From Octopus sinensis (taxonomy: Eukaryota): a DNA stretch of 64,000 nucleotides. The notes beneath the pieces were generated by a model that saw only the letters and a program-made list of their open reading frames with translations, was not told where the DNA came from and ran no database searches. The stretch lies in NCBI RefSeq assembly GCF_006345805.1, contig NC_042998.1, positions 187,922,001-187,986,000 of the forward strand, given 5' to 3'. The translations under genes were made by a program, and so were the position numbers. Each line of letters begins with the position of its first letter. Within the stretch, counting starts at the first letter, position 1. Shown here one piece after another: positions 35,642-49,094 of this stretch.

Positions 35642-36204
35642 GTATATTTTATCATACATTGCACCCTCCCGACCGTTTCATATTCTAATAGCAGTAGTAT
35701 TTTTTTACAGTCTTAAGAAATATCTAAGTTCTTCTAAGGAAGTTCTGTCTTTAATGGTGTTTTATATATTCTTATATTTTTTTCTGGTATCAACCATTTG
35801 GCTGTGGCTATGATGGGGCTCTGCCATATGGGGTATTTAAGTTGAGAGTTGCTTAAGAAAAGTTGGTGGCTATTAATATAGACAACTGGTTTTACACGAA
35901 AGACATGAAAAGAATGTCTCCTCTTTTAGGATGAGACGTGGTTGAGATGTAACTACAAAATATTGTCAATTTACTAAACATGTCATGTTGAAGCTGTAAA
36001 ATAAAATATTCAGTTATAAAACAACTGAGAAATCAAATATCTTATTTTTATATATTTAGTCAATATGTACATACAAAAAAAAAAGCAAAGCAAAAACAAG
36101 CTTCCCTCTCCCCTAAATCAAAACAAATAAAAAACAATGGCAAAAACAGCAAAAAAATAACCCCAACATAAATCAAAAAACAATAGAAACAACTTTTTCA
36201 GAAT

Positions 36205-36615
36205 TAAAAGGCATGGCTGTGTGATCAAGAAGTTTACTTCCCAACCACATGGTTTCAGGTTCAGTCCTACTGTGTGGCACCTTGGTCAAGTATCTTCTAT
36301 TATAACCTCTGGCTGATCAAAGCCTTGTGAGTGGATTTGTGTGATGGAAACTAAAAGAAGCCCACCATATATATATGTATGTGTGTGTCTCATATGTGTA
36401 TGTTTGTGTCACCTTACTTATCTTGATGTTGTAAATGAATGTCATTTATTTCCAATATTCTTCACCTGTCTGGCATGAGTGAAATATTACCTTGCTTGGA
36501 AACAAGTAAGGTTTAGTGACATGAAGGGTATCTAGACTTAGAAAATCTACCTCAATAAACTCCAGCTGACCCATGCAGGCATGGGAAAATGGGTGTTAAA
36601 ATGATGATAATGATG
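36205..36615 (+). mobile_element. SINE-A 5' half joined to family D repeat
   Basis: Same arrangement as 19738-20142. Confidence 0.75.
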
Positions 36616-36935
36616 AAGATGATAACAGTAATCATTTGAAAAATCTTCTAGGTTTAGGGACAGTGGACAATAATTAGCTTTCTGACTGCTGGTCAAGCTT
36701 GAAGTGAGGAAGTCAACTTATAATAATTATATTTATAAGAAATAGAAATTGTATATGGGGTTTGGTATTTGAAATATTTGAAACGTAAGAAATTGAGATA
36801 GTTTTTTATCTAAATACTTTGTTTAGTTACACTTTTCTTTTTAAATCCAGGTTATTTTTGTCATAAATCTGTCTAGAGTTGATAAAATGAGGAGCAATGA
36901 TTTTCAGATGTCAAATAAATCTTATTCACAATAAC

Positions 36936-37105
36936 TTAAGTTAAGTTAAGTTAATTTTTGGCTCAAAAAGCAAAAAGCAAGGCCATGTAGGGGGACATGG
37001 AGTTATGTACAGGGAGGGTGTTCATGCAAAGAGTTCAGGCCATTTCTGGTCAAGAGAGACTTTGAACCAAGCGGTGGTCGGCATCTTCACTATCTCTACC
37101 GGCAG
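36936..37105 (-). mobile_element. Short CR1 3' end with (TTAAC)n tail
   Basis: Near-identical to 28690-28850. Confidence 0.9.
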
Positions 37106-39011
37106 TTGTTTTTACTTTAGAATGTCAGAACGACAATAAAAAAAAAAAGCAATATTTAAACCAGTGTTTCAATGCTGAGTGTTAAATCCAGTGTTTTTCT
37201 ATATTTTATATTTTTAAACACTTTATTTTTAATTTTCTCATTTGTAGTTATTAAATTACACTTAACTTCATTTTAATTATTAACGTTTAGTATAAAATGT
37301 GTGTGTGTGAGTTTATAAGAGATGTTGCCATCTAACTAGAGGTAAATTGAGGATTTATCAGCTGTTGCATTGCACTCATCACAGATGATGTCTACATCAA
37401 GTAGAGCATTCTGTCCAAACTAACTAATTGGTGTTTCATCTTCAGTGTGATTGGCTATTGATTTTATTTCACATTGTGTTTGTGTATATGTATATATTTT
37501 TTTGTTTTCATCTTCCTTCATCATGTGTCTATATCTTGTCATAGAAATACACACCTGTCAGTTAACATATTTATATTACACACACGCATACACACACACA
37601 TATAAACAAACATTGAATATTTTCATGTCATAACCTGATTTGTTTGTTGTCCATCAGAACAAGTTTTATCTTGAAATCTATGTCTGGATTAATTGATGTA
37701 AATTGAACTGTCTCATACACCCACCCACAGGTTTTGTATGTGTGTGATATATATACAAATATCATGTTTGCTTCAAGCTACTGATTTAATTTTGACATGG
37801 AGGAAACTAAAGGAGGAAACACTAGAAGTGTTTGTTATTATAACAGTTTATATTCCTGAGATAACTTTTGATATTACCAAAGATGGTAGTTGGAGCTTCT
37901 TTAAAATGCCTATATTCATTTTTTTCCCCTGCTAGCATGGGTGGGATTGTGCTGGTGAGATAGAATTTTTGTGTATTTTTGCAGAAGTAGTTTTTATACC
38001 TCAAAATTATTATTGTTTAACTCCGAGTTAACTTTAATTAAAGCAGATATATGATCAAAGGACTATGTTATCTAATGTGTTCTTTCCTTATTTAGAATGG
38101 TTGGGTGTGATTTGGGTGCTATTTGTAGAAGGTTAGATATATGTAGAGGGACCTTTGGCACCTGAAAGTTGTTCCTACTGCTAATCAATAGTCAAGAAGT
38201 AGATGTGGATATTGTCAGCTTGGAAAAGGGGAAAAGCAGTGTTTTGTTCAAGAGCATAGGTGAAATGTTATTATGTTTGAACTTCCCAACACCTCATTAC
38301 ATCATTCTTCTTTGTGAAAGTGAGCAACTCCTAGTTGTGTACAATGGTGGAGGAATTTAAACATTCACAGTCTTTGTCCTTAGAATTCATTTGCCTCAAG
38401 TTGGTTGTATGAAAATAGAATTTAGATTTAATAGTTCGGAGGTCAAAGTGAAATAGTTGAATGCAATGTGATGAAAGGCCAACCTCCCTTTTTGTTTCCA
38501 TCAGTTGAATCATGCTCTTAGCAAAATACAAAATACAAAGCTCAGAATTGTCTATTATATAGCTACTGTTAAAGAGGTTTACTTTGAACTTAAAATAATG
38601 TAGTATATTTTGATGGAGCTGTTGAACTTACAGCAGGATACTTTTCCTACTGCCTACTACTCAGTTTTGAAGTAGTAGAACCTATTTTCAGTGGACCACA
38701 GAAACTGTTTATATGCACAACTCAGTGGCTGTTGCAATGATGTTTATTCATAACCATATATATATATGTTGACAACAGTGCCACACCTTAACTTCATAAC
38801 AAATATATGTGTGTGTATGATTAAATATATATAAGTTCAATTAAAGGTTAAAAACCTCATTAAGGAATAACAAAAATCCAATGAATATACTGGTTTATTA
38901 CCTATTACAAAAAGTATTGAATATTATACTTAATATTTAACTATAAGGTAATTGGATAATCTGGGTTTTATATATGTTTTAACAAATAAGAAAACAGAGA
39001 TAATTAAATTA

Positions 39012-39369
39012 ATTATTTATTAATCACAAAATTGGACATCATCTCTGATGGCTGTTTCGATTCAAGACTAGAAATTAATTAGTGTAATTAAAAAAAAATT
39101 TAACGTTGAATCTCATTGGAGGTGGAAAAAGATATATCCTTACATTTTCATTTTATTGTGTGTTGAGTGTAGGGAGCAAACCCAGTAAGAGTTAGTGGAT
39201 TTGCTCCCTACACTCAACACACAATAATATGAGAATGTAAGGGTGTATCTTTTTCCACCTCCGATGACATTCAACTTAAAAATTTTTTTAATTATACCAA
39301 TTAATTTCTAGAGTCTTGAATCGGAACAGCTGTCAGAGATGATGTCCAATTTTGTAATTAATAAATAAT
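39012..39369. repeat. ~360-bp imperfect palindrome with two mirrored hammerhead-like cores
   Basis: ~170-bp arms, ~11-nt loop at ~39185-39195; C(C/A)..ATGA-gattcaa..ttgaatc-G(A/G)AAC-agct-GTC in each arm. Confidence 0.9.
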
Positions 39370-39412
39370 AATTATTAATTTAATAATGTCTATTTTTTTA
39401 TTAAAAAAAAAT

Positions 39413-39466
<54 letters not shown>

Positions 39467-39494
39467 CATATAGAGAGAGAGAGAGAGAGAGACA

Positions 39495-39870
39495 TGGCAG
39501 GCACAGGTGTGGTTGTGTGGTAAGAAGTTTCCTTCCCAAGCACATGGTTCTGGGTTCAGTCCCACTGTGTCGTACTGCGGGCTGACCAAAGTCATGTGAG
39601 TGGATTTGGTAGATGGAAACTGAAAAAAGCCAGTCATATATGTATATATATATTTATATGTGTATCTTTGTATCTGTGTTCGTCCCCACCCCCATACCTG
39701 CTTGACAATTGATATTGGTGTGTTCACATCCCTGTAACTTAGCAGTTCAGCAAAAGAGACCAATAGAATAAGTACCAGGCTTAACAAAAAAGTATTGGGC
39801 TCAATTCAGTTGACTAATAGTTCTTCAATATGGTGCCCCAGCATGGCCATAATGACTGAGATAAAAGATA
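39495..39870 (+). mobile_element. SINE-A, diverged
   Basis: SINE-A consensus head and tail. Confidence 0.85.
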
Positions 39871-40179
39871 CACACACACACACACACATACACACACACA
39901 AACACACACACATACACACACACACACATATATCATGTTGGCTTAAATAGATCTGTACCACTTTCTATCGAGCAGTACAGTAAATGATTATTATTTGTGG
40001 AGTTAGTTAAGGTTTATTCATTAAGAAGTGAGATACCAGTATTATTTTGGATAATACTGGTCTCTCACTACAGAGATAATTTTCACCTTAAATAAATACA
40101 TGGGGTTGTATTTCTGTATAGTCAGGAAGTTTCAGAGTTTCCTACAGGGGTTGCTGCCTGTTCAAATGAAATACAATAT

Positions 40180-40396
40180 TTGAGGCCGTTGCCAGCCTCA
40201 CCTGGCACCGTGCCGGTTGCACGTAAAAAGCACCCACTACACTCATGGAGTGGTTGGTATTAGGAAGGGCATCAAGCTGTAGAAACACTGCCAGATCAGA
40301 CTGGGCCTGGTGCAGCCTCCTGGCTTCCCAGACCCCAGTTGAACCGTTCAACCTATGCTAGCATGGAAAGCGGACGTTAAACGATGATGATGATGA
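40180..40396 (+). mobile_element. RTE 3'-UTR copy (family B)
   Basis: (GAT)n tail. Confidence 0.9.
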
Positions 40397-40709
40397 GGTG
40401 TTTTCTTGTGAGGTAAATTGCTGTTGCTGAACCATGAATAGGCTTTACTAAAAAATAAAAAAAAATCCCTAATGGTGTTAAATCATGTGGCAGACTAATT
40501 TTAGGAAATTCTTTAGAATTCTTTCTCATTTAAAAAGAACTAAAACAAATCTACCATGGTTCTTGTGTAATGTGTGAAAGACAATATAAAGAGTAGATTA
40601 GGCGATACACAGTTATTTTCAACACATTCATCGATAAATGAATAATTATTGCTTTTCACAAGTCTATGATGATAATCCTGATTATTAATACGAAAAATCT
40701 ACATAAAGG

Positions 40710-40895
40710 TGCAGGAGTTGCTGTGTGGTAAGTAGCTTGCTTACCAACCACATGGTTCCGGGTTCAGTCCCACTGTGTGGCATCTTGGGCAAGTGTCTTC
40801 TGCTATAGCCACGGGTCGATTTGCTTGACTAAAGGTGGTGCTCCAGCATAGCTGCAGTCAAATGACTGAAACAAGTAAAAGAGTAAAAGAGTAAA
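40710..40895 (+). mobile_element. SINE-A with internal deletion
   Basis: Head joins directly to the 3' gggtcgatttgcttgactaaagg block. Confidence 0.85.
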
Positions 40896-41159
40896 CAACA
40901 AAAATGAGTTTTTAATGAGTTTCTATGAAATCCGATTCTGTTGAAGCTTCATAAGAAATATGTTCTCTTAACTATTTTGCGTGTGTACATTATTTTCAAA
41001 TATTCACCAAAGTTGTTGGTTTTTGCCCTCATTAAAGGGACATGATAGGAAATTAGAATATAAGATGTAGATAATTCTTTCTATTTATAAGTTTGTTTCA
41101 CTCAAAATAAGCTACACTGTCATTTGGCAACCATTTGATGAAGAATGTTTTTAAATAGG

Positions 41160-41319
41160 TGTAGGAGTGGCTGTGTGGTAAGTAGCTGGCTTACCAACCA
41201 CATGGTTTTGGGTTCAGTCCCACTGCGTGGCACCTTGGGCAAGTGTCTTCTACTATAGCTTCGGGCCGACCAAAGCCTTGTGAGTGGATTTGGTAGACGG
41301 AAACTGAAAGAAGCTCGTC

Positions 41320-41362
<43 letters not shown>

Positions 41363-41595
41363 GTGTGTGTGTGTGTTTGTGTGTGTATATGTTTGTGTGT
41401 CTGTGTTTGTCCTCCCAACATCGCTTGACGATGTTGGTGTGTTTACATCCCCGTATTTAGTGGTTCTGCAAAAGAGACCGATAGAATAAGTACTAGGCTT
41501 ACAAAGAATAAGTCCTGGGGTCAATTTGCTCGACTAAAGGCAGTGCTCCAGCCTGGCCACAGTCAAAATGACTGAAACAAGTAAAAGAATAAATA
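41160..41595 (+). mobile_element. SINE-A, full length
   Basis: Consensus match with central (TA)n(TG)n. Confidence 0.95.
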
Positions 41596-41890
41596 ATGGA
41601 ACTTTTTTTTTAAAGATGAAATTTTGCAATTTGCTTATCATCATCATTACCACTTTAACATCCACCTTCCCATGTGCACATGGATCAAATAGAATTTGTC
41701 AAGGCAGATTTTCTATAGCCAGATACCCCTCCTGCTGTCAACCCTCACCTGTTTCCAAGTATGGTAATATTTCTCCATGACCAGACATGACACAGAAGGT
41801 TAGGAACAAAGGATGCCACTTGCATAACAGTGACACATGCTTACAACTATCATATGATGCCAAAGCAAGGAGACAGGCAGTAACACATGC

Positions 41891-42277
41891 ACACACACAC
41901 ACACACACACATGTATATATGATGGGCTTCTTTCAGTTTCTGTCTTCCAAATCCACTTACAAGGCTTTGGTCAGCCTGGAGCTGTAGTAGAAGGCACTTG
42001 ACCAAGGTACCACACTGTTGGAATGAACCCGAGACTACATGGTTGGCAAGCAAACTTCTTACTACACAATCATGTCTGTGCCTATAATCCCTTAAAAATA
42101 TTTTCAATGTTAGTTTAGTGAAAGTTATACTTATGTGAGAAAGATTACCACCACCACCATCACCACCTCTTGTGGCTGATGTGCTTGGGAAGGAAACTTC
42201 TTACCACACAACCACACCTGTACCTGCCATGCCTGTCTCTCTCTGTCTCTCTCTGTCTCTCTCTTTCTCTCTCTCTC

Positions 42278-42308
<31 letters not shown>

Positions 42309-42683
42309 CACACACACATGTATATATGATGGGCTTCTTTCAGTTTCTGTCTTCAAATCCACTTACAAGGCTTTGGTCAGCCTGGAGCTGTAGTAGAAGG
42401 CACTTGACCAAGGTACCACACTGTTGGAATGAACCCGAGACTACATGGTTGGCAAGCAAACTTCTTACTACACAATCATGTCTGTGCCTATAATCCCTTA
42501 AAAATATTTTCAATGTTAGTTTAGTGAAAGTTATACTTATGTGAGAAAGATTACCACCACCACCATCACCACCTCTTGTGGCTGATGTGCTTGGGAAGGA
42601 AACTTCTTACCACACAACCACACCTGTACCTGCCATGCCTGTCTCTCTCTGTCTCTCTCTGTCTCTCTCTTTCTCTCTCTCTC

Positions 42684-42722
<39 letters not shown>
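41891..42722. repeat. ~406-bp near-identical tandem duplication bounded by (CA)n tracts (contains SINE-A pieces)
   Basis: Duplicated ORFs offset by 406 bp (42131/42537; 42170/42576). Confidence 0.9.
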
Positions 42723-42725
<3 letters not shown>

Positions 42726-42774
42726 CGCGCGCGCACACACATATATAATTTTTTAAAGATAAAAAAATTGAGAT

Positions 42775-43560
42775 AATTAAATGGTGGGGGACTGTGGACT
42801 GATGCTTGTGCACATACATTTCTTCATTGGAAATATAATTGTACCATTTGATGTTCTCGATGGTTCTCAGGACTCTTAAAGCTGTTGATCCTCTTTGCCA
42901 TAATCGTTGTGAGGGGCCGTGTTTCTGCTCCATAAAAGGGATCAGAGAAGACCAATGCATTGTATATGTGGAGCTTTGTTTTCCAGGTGATAAAGCAGTG
43001 GTGCCAAAGGAGCTCCCAAAAGGGGTACATAACACCAGCAGCTAGACAACATTTACCTTGGATCTCTGAGGCCAGATCTCCATTATTGATGACTGTGGAG
43101 CCCAGGTAGATGAAAGAGCTGACAAACTTCATGATTGTTGGAGCCAATATGGATAGGGGGAGAGAGTCTGGGCCATCACTGATATGCATCAGCTTGGTCT
43201 TTGCCCAACAAACCTGAGGGCCAATCTTTGCTGATTCCTCTGAGTATATGGTCAGTGTGTCCCTGAGCAGGTCAATCGAGTTGCTGAATAGGGTAGTATT
43301 GCCTGCATACTCCAGGTAGTGATATATATATGAAAGATCCTGGAAGGTCTAGCCCCCAACTTTGGGATTGAAACTGGATGCCACTGCATAGTACTAAACA
43401 TCCCATCCTCTCCATCTAGAGTAAGTACATAGTACTGTAACAGCCTGGGTTTCAAGGGCCCACAGCTTTTCAACATTTTGTTAAACAGCCTCAGAAATTG
43501 GTGATGTGGATGTCTTCAAAGAACATTAGGACGAATTTTTTACTTGAGTTACCAGATGAA
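42775..43560 (-). mobile_element. Decayed RTE LINE RT fragment
   Basis: FVSSFIYLGSTVINNGDLASEI..LWHHCFITWKTKLHIYNALVFS..YGAET. Confidence 0.85.
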
Positions 43561-43739
43561 CTCACATCATAGCAGGAAGCATAAAGAGCAGCTCTGTCTA
43601 ACAACTGCTTCACCAGAGATGCTTATGAAGGGAAGGTCAATAAGCGGTTGTGAAATAAAAACCAATCATACTCAAGGTAGTGCTTCTGCATGGCCACAGA
43701 CTCTGGCTAAAACCAGTAAAAATAAAGTATTTGACAGCA

Positions 43740-44095
43740 AATCATCATCATCATCATCATTTAACGTCCGCTTTCCATGCTGGCATGGGTTGGACGGTTC
43801 AACTGGGGTCTGGGAAGCCAGAAGGCTGCACCAGGCCCAGTCTGATCTGGCAGTGTTTCTACAGCTGGATGCCCTTCCTAACGCCAACCACTCCGTGAGT
43901 GTAGTGGGTGCTTTTTACGTGCCACTGGCACAGGTGCCAGACGGGGCTGGCAGATGGCCACGATCGGATGGTGCTTTTTACGTGTCACCGGCACGGGGAC
44001 CAGACGAAGCTGGCAACGGCCACGGTCAGATGGTGCTTTTTACGTGCCATCGGCACGGAGGCCAGTCGGGCGGCGCTGGCTACGGCTGAATCAAC
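43740..44095 (-). mobile_element. RTE 3'-UTR copy (family B)
   Basis: Consensus plus subrepeats. Confidence 0.92.
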
Positions 44096-44551
44096 ATCTG
44101 ATTAATCACTACGCATGGATTTCATGAAATTATTTTTCTGAATGATCCTGCCATCTACATCTTAAAACTCTTGCATGGTTGATTTGTCATGACAGCACTT
44201 CTGTGTATTACTCCATACACTCATATCTATTGAAGCTCATCTGCTTTTAGAAAAGCACCATAAAGTTTATCTTTGTTCCCTTCAAGCTGTTGTTAACCTT
44301 ATTTCTTTTCCGGGTTTGAAACATTTCGTTTAATCTAGGTTATTAATGTGAATGTGTGAACATTCAATATTTCACTTGTTCCATCCCTTAGGCAATTTCA
44401 GATTTCAGGTTTCCTGTCTGTGAGTTCAACTGTGGTAAACAACTTGAAGGATTGGTTTTCATAAATCTGGTGGGCTGTATTTGTTGTTCATAGTAATGAC
44501 ATTTTTTTTTTGTTTACAAGAAAAATAAATATGTCTTTTTTATAAAGAATA

Positions 44552-44710
44552 GCGGAGTGGCTGTGTGGTAAGTAGCTTGCTAACCAACCACATGATTCCG
44601 GGTTCAGTCCCACTGCGTGGCACCTCGGGCAAGTGTCTTCTGCTATAGCCCTGGGCCGACCAATGCCTTGTGTGGATTTGGTAGACGGAAACTGAAAGAA
44701 GCCTGTCGTA

Positions 44711-44757
<47 letters not shown>

Positions 44758-44975
44758 ATGTGTTTGTGTGTCTGTGTTTGTCCCCCTAGCATTGCTTGAC
44801 AACCGATGCTGGTGTGTTTACGTCCCCGTCACTTAGCGGTTTGGCAAAGGAAACCGATAGAATAAGTACTAGGCTTACAAAGAATAAGTCCCGGCGTCGA
44901 TTTGCTCGACTAAGGCGGTGCTCCAGCATGGCCGCAGTCAAATGACTGAAACAAGTAAAAGAGATAAAAGAGAAT
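44552..44975 (+). mobile_element. SINE-A, full length
   Basis: Consensus match. Confidence 0.95.
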
Positions 44976-45880
44976 CTCTAACAACTTTCAGTGTTCTTTA
45001 TTATATCAGATATATTTCTGATATAGGTATTAGTAAAGTTTGGGTTTGTTTAAATTAGACACATTTCTGTGCTTGTAAATACATTGATGTACCCATATCA
45101 TCTCTTTTATCTTCTCTCATTGTGTTTGTTTGTATTTGTATAAATGGTTTCTTTGTTTTCTTTTCTGCTGAAAATTCTATCAATTCATTACTTTCACTAT
45201 TTTTTTCTAATAATTCTCCAGAGCTTTTCTTTGATCATAGATATGTCCAAAATAATGTTAAATTTTTACAATACTTTATTTTGCAGTACTGTATGTAGCC
45301 ATAATCACTTACTCTGTTGTGAGCTAACTTCTGGGATTGGTTGCATTTTGCATCATTGAACACATTATCAATATATATATTAGTTAAACCTTTTGTTTAT
45401 GTAACTACTTTTTTTATTCAAAAATTGTATATATTTGTACTTTATCAAGCACTGTCATTACAGGTGGCTTATCTGAAAAAAAACTATGGTTACCTATCCT
45501 TGAACAAACTCAAACTACATTCTCTTTGTCTCAACTCTGTATTAGTTTTGCTGTAACTCTCTCTACTACCTTCATTACTTAATACATTAGTGCTAATGTC
45601 CCTTTGTTCTATGCATTTCCTTTAATTTTGTTTGCTGGTTTTCTAGTTGATTTGTTTTATTGGTTAGATGTGTAATGAGTGTTAGCCCAACTCCCATCCA
45701 GTGGCTTTTAGCATCTCATCAGCTATCTCACGAAGCCCTTTCTCCGTATTTGTAGATTTACTTGCATTATCCACCATCTCATTAATTTGACCCTTTTATC
45801 AGCTGCTTGTAGAGCTTGGTTATCCCTTTGTCCTGTGCATTTATGTAAATACAAGTGTATGTGTGTAGATTCAGCATTAT

Positions 45881-45996
45881 AAGATGGGGAGTGTAACACA
45901 CAGACACTCATATACATATACATTTAATAACAAACTCCAAGATGGGAAGCGTAACACACAGACACTCATATACATATACATTTAATAACAAACTCC
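45881..45996. repeat. 58-bp tandem duplication
   Basis: aagatgggga..aacaaactcc twice, 2 mismatches. Confidence 0.9.
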
Positions 45997-46495
45997 AAAT
46001 AATTTCAAAGATCAGCCCATGTCTTGATGACTGCTTCACTTACCCATCAGCCTGAACAAAGTAAAAGCCTCACCTTTCTGCTGATATATTGATGAAAGTA
46101 CATACATAATTTTTTTTTTTTCTTTGTGACTAATTGTCAGTCAAGTTTTTCTCGCTGCTGCTTAAGTGTTGTAAGCAGCAACAAGTGAGGTGTTTGGTCA
46201 GCATTGTCTGCGTTGTTAAGGTAACTCATTTCTTCATCTCCAGTCTACAACTGGCAAGCAGTTTGAAGAACACCTGTTTAGAGAACACCTACTGCTGATG
46301 TGGCACTCTTGTTCCTATCATTGTTGTTGGTGTTGTTGGTGTCACTGACAGGGATGATGGTGAGTTTGGGGCAGCACCTTGTAATTTTGAGAAATTTACC
46401 TACAGTTGCATGCTGCTAACTTCGAGTTCTTTGTGTACGGCTTTTGTATTCACTTCACATGTTGTTACCTGGTAGACTAATTATTTTGATCTCAG

Positions 46496-46551
46496 TGGAA
46501 ATATGCCACGCATTTCATCATCAGCCAGAGTTCACATTGGTGATGGGGAAG
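46496..46551 (+). CDS. Small exon of the same gene; VEICHAFHHQPEFTLVMGK (phase 1->0) or SGNMPRISSSARVHIGDGE (phase 2->1)
   Basis: Acceptor ttattttgatctcAG (46495), consensus donor AAG|gtaagc (46552), unique sequence, phase-compatible with 35595-35641. Confidence 0.6.
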
Positions 46552-46819
46552 GTAAGCTATTTTTTTTCAAGTTCAACAACAATAAGAAGAATAATAGCAA
46601 CGGCTATAATAGTTTTAGTTACATATTTCTGTCGATTTGGTGTGTTTATTATACATCGGTGAGAAGAAGAACCTTTCTCTTTTACTTCATGTGTATTATA
46701 TACTAACACGCGACAAGTACACATGTAGATAAATAAACCACCCGTACTCAAAATCACAAACAAACATATTTCAAAATAATGTTTTTCTTTTCAATTTATT
46801 AGTTTTATAAGTTTGGATG

Positions 46820-47128
46820 TACACACATATATACACACACACATACATACATACATATATATATATATGTGTGTGTGTGTGTGTATCCGTGTGCATGTTA
46901 ATAGGTGTGTGTGTGCATGTATGCATTGAGAATCAATCGGTGATTCACGTCTTTGTTACAAATGAATGAATCATCGAATGGTTCCTAATAAATAAACACT
47001 CTATACAATATACAATGTATTGAGTGCTTTTTATTTTCATTTGTAAGCATGTGTGTGTATTGTATTTAGGCATGTTTATGCGCACATATAAAATTGCGTG
47101 CACATGTATATGTATATATATGAGTATG

Positions 47129-47161
<33 letters not shown>

Positions 47162-47188
47162 GCACATACACAGTTGGTTGTGTGAGTG

Positions 47189-47247
<59 letters not shown>

Positions 47248-47430
47248 GCACAAGCATGTTTATGTGTATAACTTGATACAGCACTAATTTTATGAAAGAC
47301 AGAGTAATAAGTATCTGTATGTATATATGTATATGTATATAAACACAGTTTGTATGAGTGTATGTGTGTGTATATATATAATATATATATATATATACAC
47401 ACACACACTCGTATACATAAAAGCATGTTC
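46820..47430. repeat. Compound (TA)/(TG)/(CA) microsatellite field
   Basis: Direct reading. Confidence 0.9.
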
Positions 47431-49094
47431 ATGTATGTATAAATTGGTGCAACACTGATTTTATGTATTATGTTGCGTGTTGATCCTTGTCTCTGATATG
47501 TTCTTATGTTACCTGTTCTAAAGCTTATCAGTTGCTTATTGCCCTACCTGTGTCAGTATGATTATGCGTTATCAAGTATCTAGTTCTGTTCCCTAGTAGT
47601 TAAATTTGCACATTCGTAACAAGGGCAATATTTGATAACAAAGGAATAGAGTCTGAAGAAACTAGTGAAGGTGTGTGTGTGTTCTTAATGTGATGAGTTT
47701 AAATATTGGAATAAATTTGCTGTAAGGAAGGAAGATGTAACTTCTAGGACAGAACTTTTTTGTTAGAGAAAGTTGAAGCAAGATAATATAATTTACTGAT
47801 TTTAAATGTTACAAATTAAATTATATTTCATTGTCTGATTTGACTGAAGAGAGACATTGTGGTTTTGAAATTGAGATGCAGGGTTACTGATATGAGATAA
47901 TGTGTTTAAATTTTTTTTGGAACCAACTCTCACCTAGTAATTAAGTGTGTTGCATAAAGAAGGAAGGGCTTTCAACTTGAATTATAAGCTAGTAAAGGAA
48001 CCACTATATGGTTGCTTGACCTACTAGAAATAGTTGCCAAGTTTCGCACTCACATTCTTTAAAAACTTAAAAAAGGAAGGACACATAGTTTGAGATCAAC
48101 TGTGTCTAAAACAAAATGTACTGGTTATAGTTTTGGTCCATAGGTGTGTTCATTCAAAGCTGACCTGGGCCAAAAACAACAACTTGTTCCAGCTATAAGA
48201 AAATATCAATAGTTATAAAAATATTTACCGAAAGTCCTAACATAAGACAAAATTGTGAAAAGTAAATAAATTTAGCACTAAAATATATTATTTACTTCGT
48301 TAAATTTCATTGAAGCCTTTTTATTACTTTTATAATCACCATAATAGTTTGATCCCTTAAATGTTAAAATTCCAGAAAGAGTGAAATAAAGACCTTTTAA
48401 AAGTTATGACTGCCATTAAAAAGTAAAAGAATTATTGTAAAAGAATTCCTATATTTTATTAAAAATATTTTAAAAACACTCAAGTTTAATGATGTTTTAT
48501 TAAAACTTTTAATTTTCCTTTATTTAACATTCCTATATTTTATTAAAAACTTTGATAACTGATTAAAGAGAAATGAATTCAAAACTGCTAATGTTCTTAA
48601 GCCGTGTACCTAGTCAAGGTACACAGCATAGCCTTCTTTGAAATGCCCTGCTGAAGATAGATGTCATTTTCTTTTCATATCTGGGATGTTGATGGTGGGA
48701 ACGATATGTAACTGTAAAAATATTTCCAACAAGTTACACATAAACAAATGTGACAACTATTCGATCTAGGAAAATAAGTGAAACAGTCTAAAACAAAATT
48801 AAATGACAATTGGAAGAATTCGTAGCTTTGATATTTTATTAAAACTTTTAATTTTCCTTTATTTAACATTTTGTTATTATCATATTGTTACTATCATCCC
48901 ATCACCCCCTTAGTAATGATCATCACCATATAACATAGCCCTATCCTTAGTGATATCATAATTGTTATCACCACCATCAAACATCATAAGTATGAGCCAA
49001 GGAAGGATCCTCTTCGTGGTCATTTGACTTGCTTGAAGTGGCAGTCAAAACACAATCATTACATCTTATTGTCATAGTGCATAGTAGTTGTGAT

